Assembly (NCBI GenBank): GCA_945872855.1 | Contig: CAMCAW010000005.1 | Span: forward strand, 1-61,116 | Source: Rickettsia typhi | Lineage (GTDB): Bacteria > Pseudomonadota > Alphaproteobacteria > Rickettsiales > UBA1997 | Reading direction: 5' to 3' | DNA: 61,116 nucleotides | Shown here: piece by piece, positions 19,271-29,542 of the stretch | Position numbering within the stretch: position 1 is the first letter of the stretch | How the letters are laid out: every line of letters starts with the position of its first letter | Notes under the pieces: model-generated | Seen by the model: only the letters and a program-made list of their open reading frames with translations | Told to the model about the DNA's origin: nothing | The model's database searches: none | Translations under genes and position numbers: made by a program

Positions 19271-20824
19271 ATGAAAAAACTGCTCTTCGTTATTTTTTTG
19301 CTATCTACCGCCAATGCCTATGCCGCGCAAGTTAGAGATATTTCAAACACTAATTCTTCTGCGATATCTGTTAAAGAAATTCCAAAAATCAATATTTCTG
19401 ACATATCAATCAAAGAAATTGCCAAAACTAATTTTCCTGCTAGTAGCTGTGAATCGAGGGTGCAAGAGGGTTTTGCGAAGAGGTTTTATAACACTTACAA
19501 AGAGCATTTAAAATATACCGGTGAAAATGTTGCAGAGCTTGAGCATAACTCAGATGCGGTTTCGCCGCCACTTTCTTCGCCACCATTTCCTAGTGCTACG
19601 TGGGGCATGGGTGGAACCACGCCAATAGGCTATGCCGACAATACTATAGCTCCGATAATGGACACGCTTTATTGCGGCGAAAATGGCCAAAAAATAAAAG
19701 ATTCGCGCATAAAACTTTATGGCTGGGTTAATGCAGGAGCGAATATCAGTAGCTCTGAAAGCCATTATGATATCGCTTCGGGCACTGGTGGCAACTATCC
19801 AGCGGCCTATTATCCATATCCTAATCAATTAACTTTGCATCAAGTGGCGCTTTACTTGGAGCGTGTTCCAGATACCGTGCAGCGTGATCACGTCGATTAT
19901 GGTTTTCGCGTGGCAGGCTTATATGGCAGCGATTATAAATACACTTATTCCAATAAATTGCTCAGCAATCAATATATAAAAGATCATAAAAAATATGGCT
20001 TCGATCCTGTGATGTTTTATGGCGATTTATATATTCCGCAGGTCGCTAAAGGCATGAATATCAGGGTTGGGCGCTATATTTCAATTCCCGATATTGAAGC
20101 GCAATTGGCGCCGAATAATTATGCTTACAGTCACTCGATGCTTTATAGTTTTGACCCGTTCACGCGCGAGGGAGTAGTCACCTCAATCAAGCTTAATAAA
20201 AATTGGACGGCGCAATTTGAATTGTCAGTTGGTTCTGATATTACAATCTTTGACAAACGCAATCGCAAGCTAACGCCGGGAGCTTGCTTAAATTGGACAT
20301 CAGATAGTGGTAATGATAATTTTTATCCTTGCGCTAACGGAATTAACGATGGCAAATATGCCTATAACAACCCACAAATGCTGGTTGCAACATGGTATCA
20401 CAAGTTCAATGAAAAATGGCACATGGCAACAGAAAGCTATTATATGTGGCAGCGCGATGTGCCGAATGTTGATGATGCGAATGCGCCGCCACTAATCACT
20501 GGTACTACGGGCGCGCATTGCAAGTCGGGTTATGCAACTTGTCGCGCCACAGTTTTTGCGGGATTAAATTATTTGGTTTATCAAATTGCCCCCAAAGATT
20601 ATATCACGCTGCGCAACGAATTTTTTAAGGATAATCATGGTCAAAGAACGGGATATAAAACACTTTACACCGAACACATGATCAGCTGGACCCACTGGAT
20701 TGGAGATGTTGTAACGGTTCGCCCAGAATTTCGCTTCGATCATTCTTACGATTTAAAAGCCTATGATGGTGGTCGCAAATCAAGTCAATATGTGCTTGCG
20801 ACAGATGTGATTGTGCATTTTTAA
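19271..20824 (+). CDS. Outer-membrane beta-barrel protein (BBP2/DUF1597-like porin)
   Basis: Signal peptide, ERVPDTVQ..DYGFR, RPEFRFD, C-terminal Phe. Confidence 0.75.
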   Translation: MKKLLFVIFLLSTANAYAAQVRDISNTNSSAISVKEIPKINISDISIKEIAKTNFPASSCESRVQEGFAKRFYNTYKEHLKYTGENVAELEHNSDAVSPPLSSPPFPSATWGMGGTTPIGYADNTIAPIMDTLYCGENGQKIKDSRIKLYGWVNAGANISSSESHYDIASGTGGNYPAAYYPYPNQLTLHQVALYLERVPDTVQRDHVDYGFRVAGLYGSDYKYTYSNKLLSNQYIKDHKKYGFDPVMFYGDLYIPQVAKGMNIRVGRYISIPDIEAQLAPNNYAYSHSMLYSFDPFTREGVVTSIKLNKNWTAQFELSVGSDITIFDKRNRKLTPGACLNWTSDSGNDNFYPCANGINDGKYAYNNPQMLVATWYHKFNEKWHMATESYYMWQRDVPNVDDANAPPLITGTTGAHCKSGYATCRATVFAGLNYLVYQIAPKDYITLRNEFFKDNHGQRTGYKTLYTEHMISWTHWIGDVVTVRPEFRFDHSYDLKAYDGGRKSSQYVLATDVIVHF

Positions 20825-20834
20825 AGGGAAGATC

Positions 20835-20909
<75 letters not shown>

Positions 20910-21049
20910 AAGAAGAAGAGGCGGGAGATTTTATGAAGCAAAAAATAATTTGCAAGCAATCTTACCTTTATAAGTTGATTTAGTATAAAATCACAATTAA
21001 TCTATGGGCGACGCGTCTTAGATCCTTATGTTTCAAGCTTGAATTCATT

Positions 21050-21649
21050 ATGAAAAAAATTTCTGCGATTTTCCTGATTTTATTTTTGACTACCTCTTGC
21101 GTAGAAACCGTTGCCATCGGATCAATCGCAGCTATTGCTGTTGTTGCGCGTGAAAAGACCCTCAGCACTACGGCCGACGATGTTGCGATTGCCGCGCAAA
21201 TCGATAAAAACTTCTTAACCAGCGGATTAAAAGGCCTCTCCAGCTCAATTGGTGTAATGGTTAATGAGGGTAGAGTGTTGCTTACTGGGGTTGTTAGAGA
21301 TGAAAATAAAGCCCATCTCGCAGCTGAAATTGCATGGAAAGTGAAGGGTGTAAAAGAAGTTATTGATGAAATTGAGGTAAGTAAAAATGGCGTTGGAATG
21401 CGCGATTTCAGTGATCCGCTCACAGATTCTTATATTACCTCTGTAATCAAAACAAAATTATTTTTCTATCCACAAATTGCGCCGTCAAACTATAAAGTTG
21501 TAACTTTTAAACATGTTGTATATTTGCTTGGCGTCTACAAATCAGAGGGTGATTTGAAGGAATTGTTGCGGATAGTTTCAAAAACCTACGGTGTTAAAAA
21601 AGTAGTAAATTATGTAATTTCAGCAGATGATAGTCGTAGAAAATCATAA
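21050..21649 (+). CDS. Dual-BON domain lipoprotein (DolP/OsmY family)
   Basis: Lipobox TTSC; two BON repeats (GRVLLTG...GVKEVID; VVYLLG...GVKKVVN). Confidence 0.85.
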   Translation: MKKISAIFLILFLTTSCVETVAIGSIAAIAVVAREKTLSTTADDVAIAAQIDKNFLTSGLKGLSSSIGVMVNEGRVLLTGVVRDENKAHLAAEIAWKVKGVKEVIDEIEVSKNGVGMRDFSDPLTDSYITSVIKTKLFFYPQIAPSNYKVVTFKHVVYLLGVYKSEGDLKELLRIVSKTYGVKKVVNYVISADDSRRKS

Positions 21650-23066
21650 TCAAGTTATCACTTTTGGCTGTCGTCTTAATGCTTATGAAAGCGAGGCGAT
21701 CAAGCAGGCTGTAGGTAAATCTCATCAAAATAATCTTATAGTTTTTAATAGTTGTGCCGTTACTTCGGAAGCGGAGAGGCAGTTAAGACAAGCTGTACGT
21801 AGGGCGCGCAAAGAAAATCCTGATGCAAAAATTGTAGTTACGGGTTGTGCAGCGCAGATTGATCCCGAGAAATATGCGAAGATGGCGGAGGTTGATTTGG
21901 TGCTTGGGAATGTAGAGAAGTCTAAGGCGGAGAGTTATTCTGATTTAGGGAAAAGCAAGGTGATTGATGTCGCTACTTCTGAAGATGAGGGCGCTAATTC
22001 TGTTGAGAAAAAATCTATTGGAATTCACAACATTGGTCCAGCCTTACAAAACTCTGCCACCGCGCATCAAGATAAACTTTTTCTCGATAACAAAAACCAA
22101 AGCGCAAATTTTTTAACCCCCGATGAAACTGCTAAAATCAAGGTCAATGACATCATGGCGGTGAAAGATGCAGCGCCGCAACTTGTATCATATTTTGAAA
22201 ATAAAACGCGTGCATTTCTTGAAATTCAAAATGGCTGCAATCATCGTTGCACTTTTTGTATAATCCCGTTTGGCCGCGGCAATAGCCGCTCGGTGGCCTT
22301 TGGAGAAATTGCAGCGCAGGTGAAAAAAATGGTGGCAATGGGTCATAAAGAAGTGGTGTTGACGGGTGTTGATATTTCAGAATATGGTCAAGATTTAGCC
22401 TCGCCAATTTCTTTATCGCAGATGATTAAGCGTCTTCTGGTGCTTGTTCCCGAGCTTCCGCGCCTGCGATTATCTTCAATTGATGTTGCTGAAATTGATG
22501 ATGGAATTCTCGATTTAATTGCCAACGAGCCACGCTTTATGCCTTACTTGCACCTCAGTGTGCAGTCGGGCGATGACATGATTCTTAAGCGCATGAAGCG
22601 CCGCCATAATCGTGCGCAAATTTTAGAATTTTGCGCCAAGGCTCGCCAATTAAGGCCTGATATAACTTTTGGTGCTGATATAATTGCGGGATTTCCCACC
22701 GAAACAGACGAAATGTTTGAAAATAGTGTGAAATTAATTCACGAAGCAGGCATAAATTTCACTCATATTTTTCCCTATTCAAAACGCTCTGGAACCCCAG
22801 CAGCAAAGATGCCGCAAGTTAATGGCGCAATCATAAAACGGCGGGCAAAAATTTTGCGCGAAGCGGGAGATGTAGAATTAAAAAAATATTTACAAACGCA
22901 AATTGGTAAAAAAATAAAAGTGATTGTAGAAAAAAATAACATCGCAAAATCGGAGAATTTTTTAGATGTTAAGCTTGTGGAAGAAGAAAATTTGCAAGCG
23001 GGCGAGATCTTGAAAATAAAGGTTGCGGGAGTTGAGGGGAATTTTTTAATCGCAGAAAATTTATAA
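21627..23066 (+). CDS. mtaB: tRNA t6A37 methylthiotransferase
   Basis: TFGCRLN, NSCAVT, TGCAAQ, CNHRCTFC radical-SAM motif, PRLRLSSID. Confidence 0.9.
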   Translation: MIVVENHNQVITFGCRLNAYESEAIKQAVGKSHQNNLIVFNSCAVTSEAERQLRQAVRRARKENPDAKIVVTGCAAQIDPEKYAKMAEVDLVLGNVEKSKAESYSDLGKSKVIDVATSEDEGANSVEKKSIGIHNIGPALQNSATAHQDKLFLDNKNQSANFLTPDETAKIKVNDIMAVKDAAPQLVSYFENKTRAFLEIQNGCNHRCTFCIIPFGRGNSRSVAFGEIAAQVKKMVAMGHKEVVLTGVDISEYGQDLASPISLSQMIKRLLVLVPELPRLRLSSIDVAEIDDGILDLIANEPRFMPYLHLSVQSGDDMILKRMKRRHNRAQILEFCAKARQLRPDITFGADIIAGFPTETDEMFENSVKLIHEAGINFTHIFPYSKRSGTPAAKMPQVNGAIIKRRAKILREAGDVELKKYLQTQIGKKIKVIVEKNNIAKSENFLDVKLVEEENLQAGEILKIKVAGVEGNFLIAENL

Positions 23067-23124
23067 TTTATTAAAAAAAAATAAATTGATAATTTCTAGA
23101 AAAAATAAAAACAATAAAAACAAA

Positions 23125-24696
23125 ATGGAAAATAAAATTTATACAGAATCAAAATCTTGGCCTTTTGAAGAAGCGCGGCGTATTTATGAAAAAATTGGTG
23201 GAAAAACTCCCGCTAAAGGATATGTATTATTCGAGACAGGCTATGGCCCATCTGGGTTGCCGCATATCGGAACTTTTGGTGAAGTGGTGCGAACCGCTTT
23301 CGTGCGTCACGCTTTTTCGTGCCTTGCGCCTGAAATTCCTACAAAAATGTTTTGCGTTTCTGATGATATTGACGGCTTGCGCAAAGTGCCAGATAACGTG
23401 CCAAATCAAGAGTTAGTGCGCGCTAATTTAGGCAAGCCGCTCACCTCTGTTCCAGATCCGTTTGAAACCCACGAATCTTACGGCCACAACATGAATTCGC
23501 GTTTGCGTGCCTTCCTTGATCACTTCGGTTTTGAGTATGAATTTATCAGCGCTACACAAAAATATAAATCGGGCGCCTTCGATAAAACAATGTTGCGCGT
23601 GCTCGAAAAATACGACGAAATTATGGCCGTAATGTTGCCAAGTTTAGGCAATGAGCGTCAAGAAACTTACTGCCCGTTCATGCCCATAGATCAAGAGTCG
23701 GGCAAGGTTATTGATAAAGGCGTGAAGGGTGTTGATAAGGCAAAAGGCACCGTGATTTATGTTGATGAAAAAGGCGCAGAAAAAGAAGTTCTGGTTACGG
23801 GTGGAAATTGCAAATTACAGTGGAAGGTTGACTTCGGAGCCCGCTGGCACACGCTTGACGTTGATTACGAAATTTATGGAAAAGATCATGGCCCTAACGA
23901 AAAAATCTATCGTCGCATCTGTGAGATCATGGGTAGCGTGCCTCCGGTTAACTTCACTTACGAAATGTTTTTGAGTGACACTGGTGAAAAAATCTCGAAA
24001 TCGAAGGGAAATGGCATTTCGGTTGAAGATTGGTTGAGGTATGCGCCGCAAGAGTCTATGGCACTTTACATGTATCAAAAACCGAAAACCGCGAAGCGAC
24101 TTTACTTCGATGTAATTCCGAAAGCGATGGATGAATATCTTACCTTTATCGCTGCTTATAAAAATGAAGATGCGGCGAAGCGCCTAGAAAATCCCGCTTT
24201 CCACGTGCATGCGGGCAAAGTTCCTGAGAATAATTTTAACCTGAATTATTCGTTGCTGCTAAATTTAGCAAGTGCCTGCAACCCAGATAAAGACTCGGTT
24301 CTTTGGGGTTTCATTTCGAAATATCAAGAAGGATTAACGCCACAAAATTCTCCGCTTCTTGCGAAAATGGTTCATAGTGCAATCAATTATTATAACGATT
24401 TTATCAAGCAGCATAAAAAATATCGCGAGGCCAGCGAATCAGAGAAATTGGCGCTTCGCGAGCTTATTGTTGAGTTAAAAAATTTCCCTGCAGAGCAAGC
24501 TCACGATGGTGCTGCATTGCAAAATATTGTTTTTGCGGTTGGCAAAAATCATGGCTATGAAAAAAATATGCGCGATTGGTTTTTGGCGCTTTATCAAATT
24601 TTGCTCGGACAAGATCAAGGCCCGCGAATGGGCTCATTTATTGCTCTTTTCGGGATTGAGAATTTTGTAAAAATGACGGAAAAAGCAATTGGATAA
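23125..24696 (+). CDS. lysS: Class I lysine--tRNA ligase
   Basis: ETGYGPSGLPHIGT, KLQWKVD, KISKSKGN, GPRMGSF. Confidence 0.96.
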   Translation: MENKIYTESKSWPFEEARRIYEKIGGKTPAKGYVLFETGYGPSGLPHIGTFGEVVRTAFVRHAFSCLAPEIPTKMFCVSDDIDGLRKVPDNVPNQELVRANLGKPLTSVPDPFETHESYGHNMNSRLRAFLDHFGFEYEFISATQKYKSGAFDKTMLRVLEKYDEIMAVMLPSLGNERQETYCPFMPIDQESGKVIDKGVKGVDKAKGTVIYVDEKGAEKEVLVTGGNCKLQWKVDFGARWHTLDVDYEIYGKDHGPNEKIYRRICEIMGSVPPVNFTYEMFLSDTGEKISKSKGNGISVEDWLRYAPQESMALYMYQKPKTAKRLYFDVIPKAMDEYLTFIAAYKNEDAAKRLENPAFHVHAGKVPENNFNLNYSLLLNLASACNPDKDSVLWGFISKYQEGLTPQNSPLLAKMVHSAINYYNDFIKQHKKYREASESEKLALRELIVELKNFPAEQAHDGAALQNIVFAVGKNHGYEKNMRDWFLALYQILLGQDQGPRMGSFIALFGIENFVKMTEKAIG

Positions 24697-24718
24697 ATTG
24701 TCTTTCTAAAAGATCAGA

Positions 24719-24740
24719 GCCATCCCTGCGTGGGGATGGC
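24719..24740. other. GC-rich intergenic hairpin after lysS
   Basis: gccatccc-tgcgtg-gggatggc; no U-tract. Confidence 0.45.
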
Positions 24741-24780
24741 GAGCTATTCATAAGCAGGTAGAAAATATAAATATTAAAAA

Positions 24781-25491
24781 ATGAATCTCGAAAAAAACTT
24801 CGCCGCACTAAAGAATTTGCAAAAACCAAAAGCTATAATATTCGATTGGGATAATACTTTGGTAGACACGTGGCCCCTTATTCAGCGCGCTATCAACAGC
24901 ACAATGGTTGCGATGAATAAAGAAGAATGGAGCTTGAAAAAAGTGAAAGATACGGTTCATAAATCTATGCGCGAATCTTTTCCAGAAATTTTTGGCGATA
25001 ATTGGCAAAAGGCGGGCGATATTTATAGAAATTCCTATCGCTCAATTCACTTAGATGAGTTAACCTTACTGCCAAGCGCTCTCAAGCTAATCAACAAGTT
25101 GTGCGAAAAGAATATTTTGCAGATGATTGTCAGCAATAAAATTGGCGTAACGCTGCGCAAAGAAACAAAAAAACTCAATCTTGCGGATAAATTTTTCTCT
25201 ATCATCGGCTCGATGGATGCAGATTTTGATAAGCCAAATCGCGCTCCTTTCGATTTAGCTCTCAGCGCTTCGGGCCTTACGGAACAAGATCACATCTGGT
25301 TTATTGGCGATACCGTTGCCGATATCGAATGCGCTTACGACACCAATTGTCAGCCAATAATTTTTGGCTATGATAGCGCGGTTTCTAAAACGATTCCTGA
25401 GCAATGGTTGAGTGAAGGAAGAAACGGCGAAGGCCCGATTCCGCTATATTTCAAGCATGATGATTTGATTGAGTTGATCGAAAAGTTTTAA
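24781..25491 (+). CDS. HAD-family phosphatase (Gph-like)
   Basis: FDWDNTLVDT, VSNK, KP, FIGDTVAD. Confidence 0.88.
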   Translation: MNLEKNFAALKNLQKPKAIIFDWDNTLVDTWPLIQRAINSTMVAMNKEEWSLKKVKDTVHKSMRESFPEIFGDNWQKAGDIYRNSYRSIHLDELTLLPSALKLINKLCEKNILQMIVSNKIGVTLRKETKKLNLADKFFSIIGSMDADFDKPNRAPFDLALSASGLTEQDHIWFIGDTVADIECAYDTNCQPIIFGYDSAVSKTIPEQWLSEGRNGEGPIPLYFKHDDLIELIEKF

Positions 25492-25533
25492 CGTAAACGC
25501 CAAGAAAAATCGACAATTTTAACATTGGGAGAA

Positions 25534-28506
25534 TTAAATTTCTTGAACAGGAGCGGGCGTAATCAGTTTATTTTTTGCCATCCAGCTATTAACTCTATCC
25601 TCAACAAGCTCGCGCTTGATTGGCTTCGTGATAAAATCGTCCATTCCAGCATTAAGACATTTTTTCTTATCATCTTCTGTGGCATTAGCGGTGAGCGCAA
25701 TAATTGTTGTTGGAGCTAATTTATTTTCCTTTTCGATCTTTCGGATCTCTGCCGTTGCTTGATAGCCATCAACAATTGGCATCATGCAATCCATCAAAAT
25801 CATATCATATTTTATATGCAAAAATTTATTGATTGCCTCTTGGCCGTTTTCCGCAACATCGGCGTCAATGTTTAAGCGCTTCAAAATCATCAGCGCAACT
25901 TTAGTATTAACCTCGTTGTCTTCGCATAATAGCACGCGAATTCCATCATTATTTCTTGCTTTATTCGCTTCGATTGTCTGATTTTTTTCGAATGAAAATT
26001 CGTCTTTATCATGCTCAATACTAAAAATTTTGAACATCGAGTTAGTAATGCGCGAAGTCTTGATTGGCTTAAGCATAACATGGTTGAACAAGGATAATTT
26101 TTCTTGCTCAATATTAAATTTATCTTTGGTTGAAGTCATTAAAACCAGCGGCACATTTTTAAGGTTATCCAGTGATTTAATATGCTCTGCAATCTCTATT
26201 CCACTCATCTTAATAGGCTCATTATGGCTAATAAAAATTGCATCGGGATTTTGAAATTTTGCGATTTCTGCAAAAATTATTTTCATCGTATCTTGCGGCG
26301 ATATTGCAAAAGACGGCACAGTGGTTGCGCTGCATTTAATGCCAATTTCTTCAACTCTTTTAGCGAAGGCATGGCACGCCACAGCATTGCTTTCAACCAA
26401 AGCAATCTTTTTACCAATAAGATATTTGAGTTGCGCTGCATTGAGGTCGTCTTGCATTACTCCAGCTGGAGGCAGCAACGATAATGTAAACCAAAAATTA
26501 GAGCCTTTGCCAAAATCACTTTCAACGCCAATGCGCCCGTGCATCAGCTCTACCAGCTCTTTGCAAATTGAAAGACCAAGCCCGGTGCCGCCATATTTTC
26601 GTGTGGTAGACATGTCGGCCTGCGTAAAGCGCGTGAACATTTTGCCAATTTTTTCTTGCTCAATTCCGATGCCGCTATCTTTAATATTGAAGTTAATGAA
26701 ATGAGTTTTTTCTTCAATTTTATTCAATTTAATATGAATGAAAACTTGCCCATAAAACGTGAATTTAATCGCGTTATTAATAAGGTTGGTAAGGATTTGT
26801 CTAATTCGCCCCGGATCGCCATTGAGATAAATTGGAACATCAGGCTCAATATAGCTTATAACCTCTAAACCCTTGTTATTAGCCGCTTGCGACATTAAAT
26901 CGGCAACGTCATCAACCAATGTCATTAAATTAAAATCAATACTTTCAAGATCAACTTTGCGTGCTTCAATTTTTGAGAAACTTAAAATATCGTTCAAGAT
27001 TAGCAGCAGCGCGTCGGCCGAGCGATAAATAACACTAGCCTGATCTAGTTCTTCACTATGCAATCGGCGTGATTCACGCAAGGCTTGACTCATGCCCAAG
27101 ATACCATTCATCGGTGTGCGCAGCTCATGGCTCATGTTGGATAAAAATTGGCCTTTCACTTTATTTGCTTCTTCTGCATCAATTTTGGCCAATACTAATT
27201 CTTTTAAAAATGGCCCAATTTTTAATTTTCTAAATAAATAAAACGCTAATAATAAAGCGAAAGTAATGCCAAAAGATTGAATGATTGTGGTTAAGATTTG
27301 AAAGCTGAAATTTTGCAAAACAACTCTTTTATTATATCCTACCAACGTAGTGATGCCATAGTTCGAGCGCCTATAATAGGTTAAATTACAATCTTTAACC
27401 GCAAGGGCATTTTTGATAAAATCTTCACGAAAAAGTGCCTTATCTTCAACTACAGATTTTATCAGTTGGTTGCGCTGAAAAATACTTCTATCATAAAGGC
27501 CTACATCTTCTGATTGCGCCACTAGATCGTAGTTTTTATCGATCACCACATAGCATAAATCGCTCTCACTTAAGCTATCGCGAATTTTGTGCTGAATACG
27601 ATCAACGGGAATTTCTGCAAGCAGGGTTCCAATCGGAATGAAGTCATCAGTGTCGATCGACATTGTAACTGGCAGATAATCATAAGAGGTAATATCGCTT
27701 TCAAAATGCTGCATCTTGCCAATTTTAAAGCGCCACGGATCGGCAACTGCAGGCGCCACAGGAAAAAAAACCGCAGGATCGCGCGGCTCTTTCAAAATAC
27801 CTTCCACCGTTGAAACACTAACCTTGCCATTTACATTAACAAATTGAATCGCTAGCCAAGAAGAAATATTTTTCTGCAAAATATCGCGATTTGGCGTTCT
27901 CTTTAAAATATTGCGCATCATCACCAAATTATGTTTTGCATCAAAAACCAAGGCTCTATCGCCCACATAATTCAAATAATTATCCACCGCATTCATCATG
28001 TTTGTCGAAACTAAATCGATGATGCTGCTTTGCGTTTCAATTTTATTTTTAGTGCTGGCGAAAAAGTTGCGATACATCACATAAGAGTTCATCAATGTCC
28101 AGAGCAGCGAAATCACTAGAACCGAATAGATCAAGCCGCTAAAAGATTCATCTAAATTAAGTTTTGATTGCTTGCGGATTCTACTATTTTTTAAGCGCTT
28201 CTCGTATCTTCTTAAAATCAGTGGAAAACTTTTTGTGTAGCTCGGATTTATTTTTGTTCGCAGCAAAACTTTGCTTTTGTAATTTTTATTCTCGTTGTGC
28301 GTAGAAACATATTTGATTGTCGCGTAATATAAGGGAGCGGTTACAAAAATCCTAAAAAGGCTCCTAGCGAATTTGATATTGTTATAAATAATAAAGGGCA
28401 ACTTGAGGGGTAGAAAAATAGCGAGGATTTTACCGCGCGGCCTTGTCGTTCTAGAAGGCTTAGGAGTGCGCGCCATAATAGCTGAGATGGCTTCCTTAAA
28501 TGTCAT
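25534..28506 (-). CDS. Hybrid sensor histidine kinase (TM-periplasmic Cache-like-TM-HisKA-HATPase-pseudoREC-REC)
   Basis: [37 protein letters not shown]; terminal REC with EDN/MDCMMP/KP. Confidence 0.93.
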   Translation of the reverse strand: MTFKEAISAIMARTPKPSRTTRPRGKILAIFLPLKLPFIIYNNIKFARSLFRIFVTAPLYYATIKYVSTHNENKNYKSKVLLRTKINPSYTKSFPLILRRYEKRLKNSRIRKQSKLNLDESFSGLIYSVLVISLLWTLMNSYVMYRNFFASTKNKIETQSSIIDLVSTNMMNAVDNYLNYVGDRALVFDAKHNLVMMRNILKRTPNRDILQKNISSWLAIQFVNVNGKVSVSTVEGILKEPRDPAVFFPVAPAVADPWRFKIGKMQHFESDITSYDYLPVTMSIDTDDFIPIGTLLAEIPVDRIQHKIRDSLSESDLCYVVIDKNYDLVAQSEDVGLYDRSIFQRNQLIKSVVEDKALFREDFIKNALAVKDCNLTYYRRSNYGITTLVGYNKRVVLQNFSFQILTTIIQSFGITFALLLAFYLFRKLKIGPFLKELVLAKIDAEEANKVKGQFLSNMSHELRTPMNGILGMSQALRESRRLHSEELDQASVIYRSADALLLILNDILSFSKIEARKVDLESIDFNLMTLVDDVADLMSQAANNKGLEVISYIEPDVPIYLNGDPGRIRQILTNLINNAIKFTFYGQVFIHIKLNKIEEKTHFINFNIKDSGIGIEQEKIGKMFTRFTQADMSTTRKYGGTGLGLSICKELVELMHGRIGVESDFGKGSNFWFTLSLLPPAGVMQDDLNAAQLKYLIGKKIALVESNAVACHAFAKRVEEIGIKCSATTVPSFAISPQDTMKIIFAEIAKFQNPDAIFISHNEPIKMSGIEIAEHIKSLDNLKNVPLVLMTSTKDKFNIEQEKLSLFNHVMLKPIKTSRITNSMFKIFSIEHDKDEFSFEKNQTIEANKARNNDGIRVLLCEDNEVNTKVALMILKRLNIDADVAENGQEAINKFLHIKYDMILMDCMMPIVDGYQATAEIRKIEKENKLAPTTIIALTANATEDDKKKCLNAGMDDFITKPIKRELVEDRVNSWMAKNKLITPAPVQEI

Positions 28507-28790
28507 CCGTCAATTTTATTTGTATCATTTTGAAACATGAGCATCTTGAGAATAATAAGGATTTCTTGATTTGAATCGCTCTAACGGCTTTGCTTTGTGG
28601 GCTTTAAAACAAAACCGTTGGCGTCATGTCAAGCTGAGTTTAAAAATTATTAATAATTCAAAGCTTAAATTTTTTAACAAATCAATTTTTAAAATTAGAA
28701 ATTAATAACACAAATGACAATCATATTTTTTTTGAAAGTGATTCGAAATTTGCAGCCTAAAATTAAACCTAAATATTCGGAGATGAATTT

Positions 28791-29519
28791 ATGATGGCAC
28801 TACACAAGCTAAGTTCTGTATTTAAAAAAAATCCAATTTCTGCCGCGAGCGCGCGATCTGCAAATGCAAGTAGCGCAATCAGAATAAAAGATCGCAACCA
28901 AGTCGCGCTTCCCGAAACTAGCTATGCTTCAGAAGTTGAAGTGAAAGAAAGCGGAGAGGGCGTAAAGGTATTCATCACTGGCGATAGAAATTTATTGAAT
29001 CAATATTATAAATTGCGAAATGACATCTTTCAAAATGAAAGAGGCTGGACAGGTCATGAATGGTTTGAAAATGATTTTGATAGAAATGCTGGAATTGTGA
29101 TCGTAGTTAATAATGAAAATCGCGTTATTGGCGGAGCAAGAGTCATGATCTCCTTAAATGGAGGATACCTATCTGACGAAATCCCCGGAACGGAATTTGT
29201 TTACAGCAATTTATTTAAAAAAATGAATCTCGATCCTTCAAAAATCTACGGAGAAATTGATGGATTGGTTGTTGCTGCGCCATATCGCAATCGCAATGTT
29301 ACAGAAAAAATTTTGAAGGCATCAGTAGAGTATTCCTTAAGTTTTAATTGTTCATATTTAGTGGGAATTGCATTTTTAACATATTGCAGAATATATAGAT
29401 CAGCCTATAAGGCTATCGGCTATCCAAATGCTCACATTGTGAATGATTTTGTTTGGGCAGAATTAGAGGAATATAATTACTCCAAAGATTTTCCAATCGT
29501 CAACATAATCAAGCCGTGA
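28791..29519 (+). CDS. GNAT-fold acyltransferase, LuxI/FeeM (N-acyl synthase)-like
   Basis: YKLRNDIF...GW...ENDFD...GGARV...GEIDGLVV..PYR. Confidence 0.6.
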   Translation: MMALHKLSSVFKKNPISAASARSANASSAIRIKDRNQVALPETSYASEVEVKESGEGVKVFITGDRNLLNQYYKLRNDIFQNERGWTGHEWFENDFDRNAGIVIVVNNENRVIGGARVMISLNGGYLSDEIPGTEFVYSNLFKKMNLDPSKIYGEIDGLVVAAPYRNRNVTEKILKASVEYSLSFNCSYLVGIAFLTYCRIYRSAYKAIGYPNAHIVNDFVWAELEEYNYSKDFPIVNIIKP

Positions 29520-29542
29520 GTTTTATTAAATATAATTGAAAC

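Noticed and set aside
20980-21423. 147 aa antisense ORF and similar shadow ORFs in housekeeping genes
   Set aside because: Antisense mirrors of well-supported genes with no motifs.
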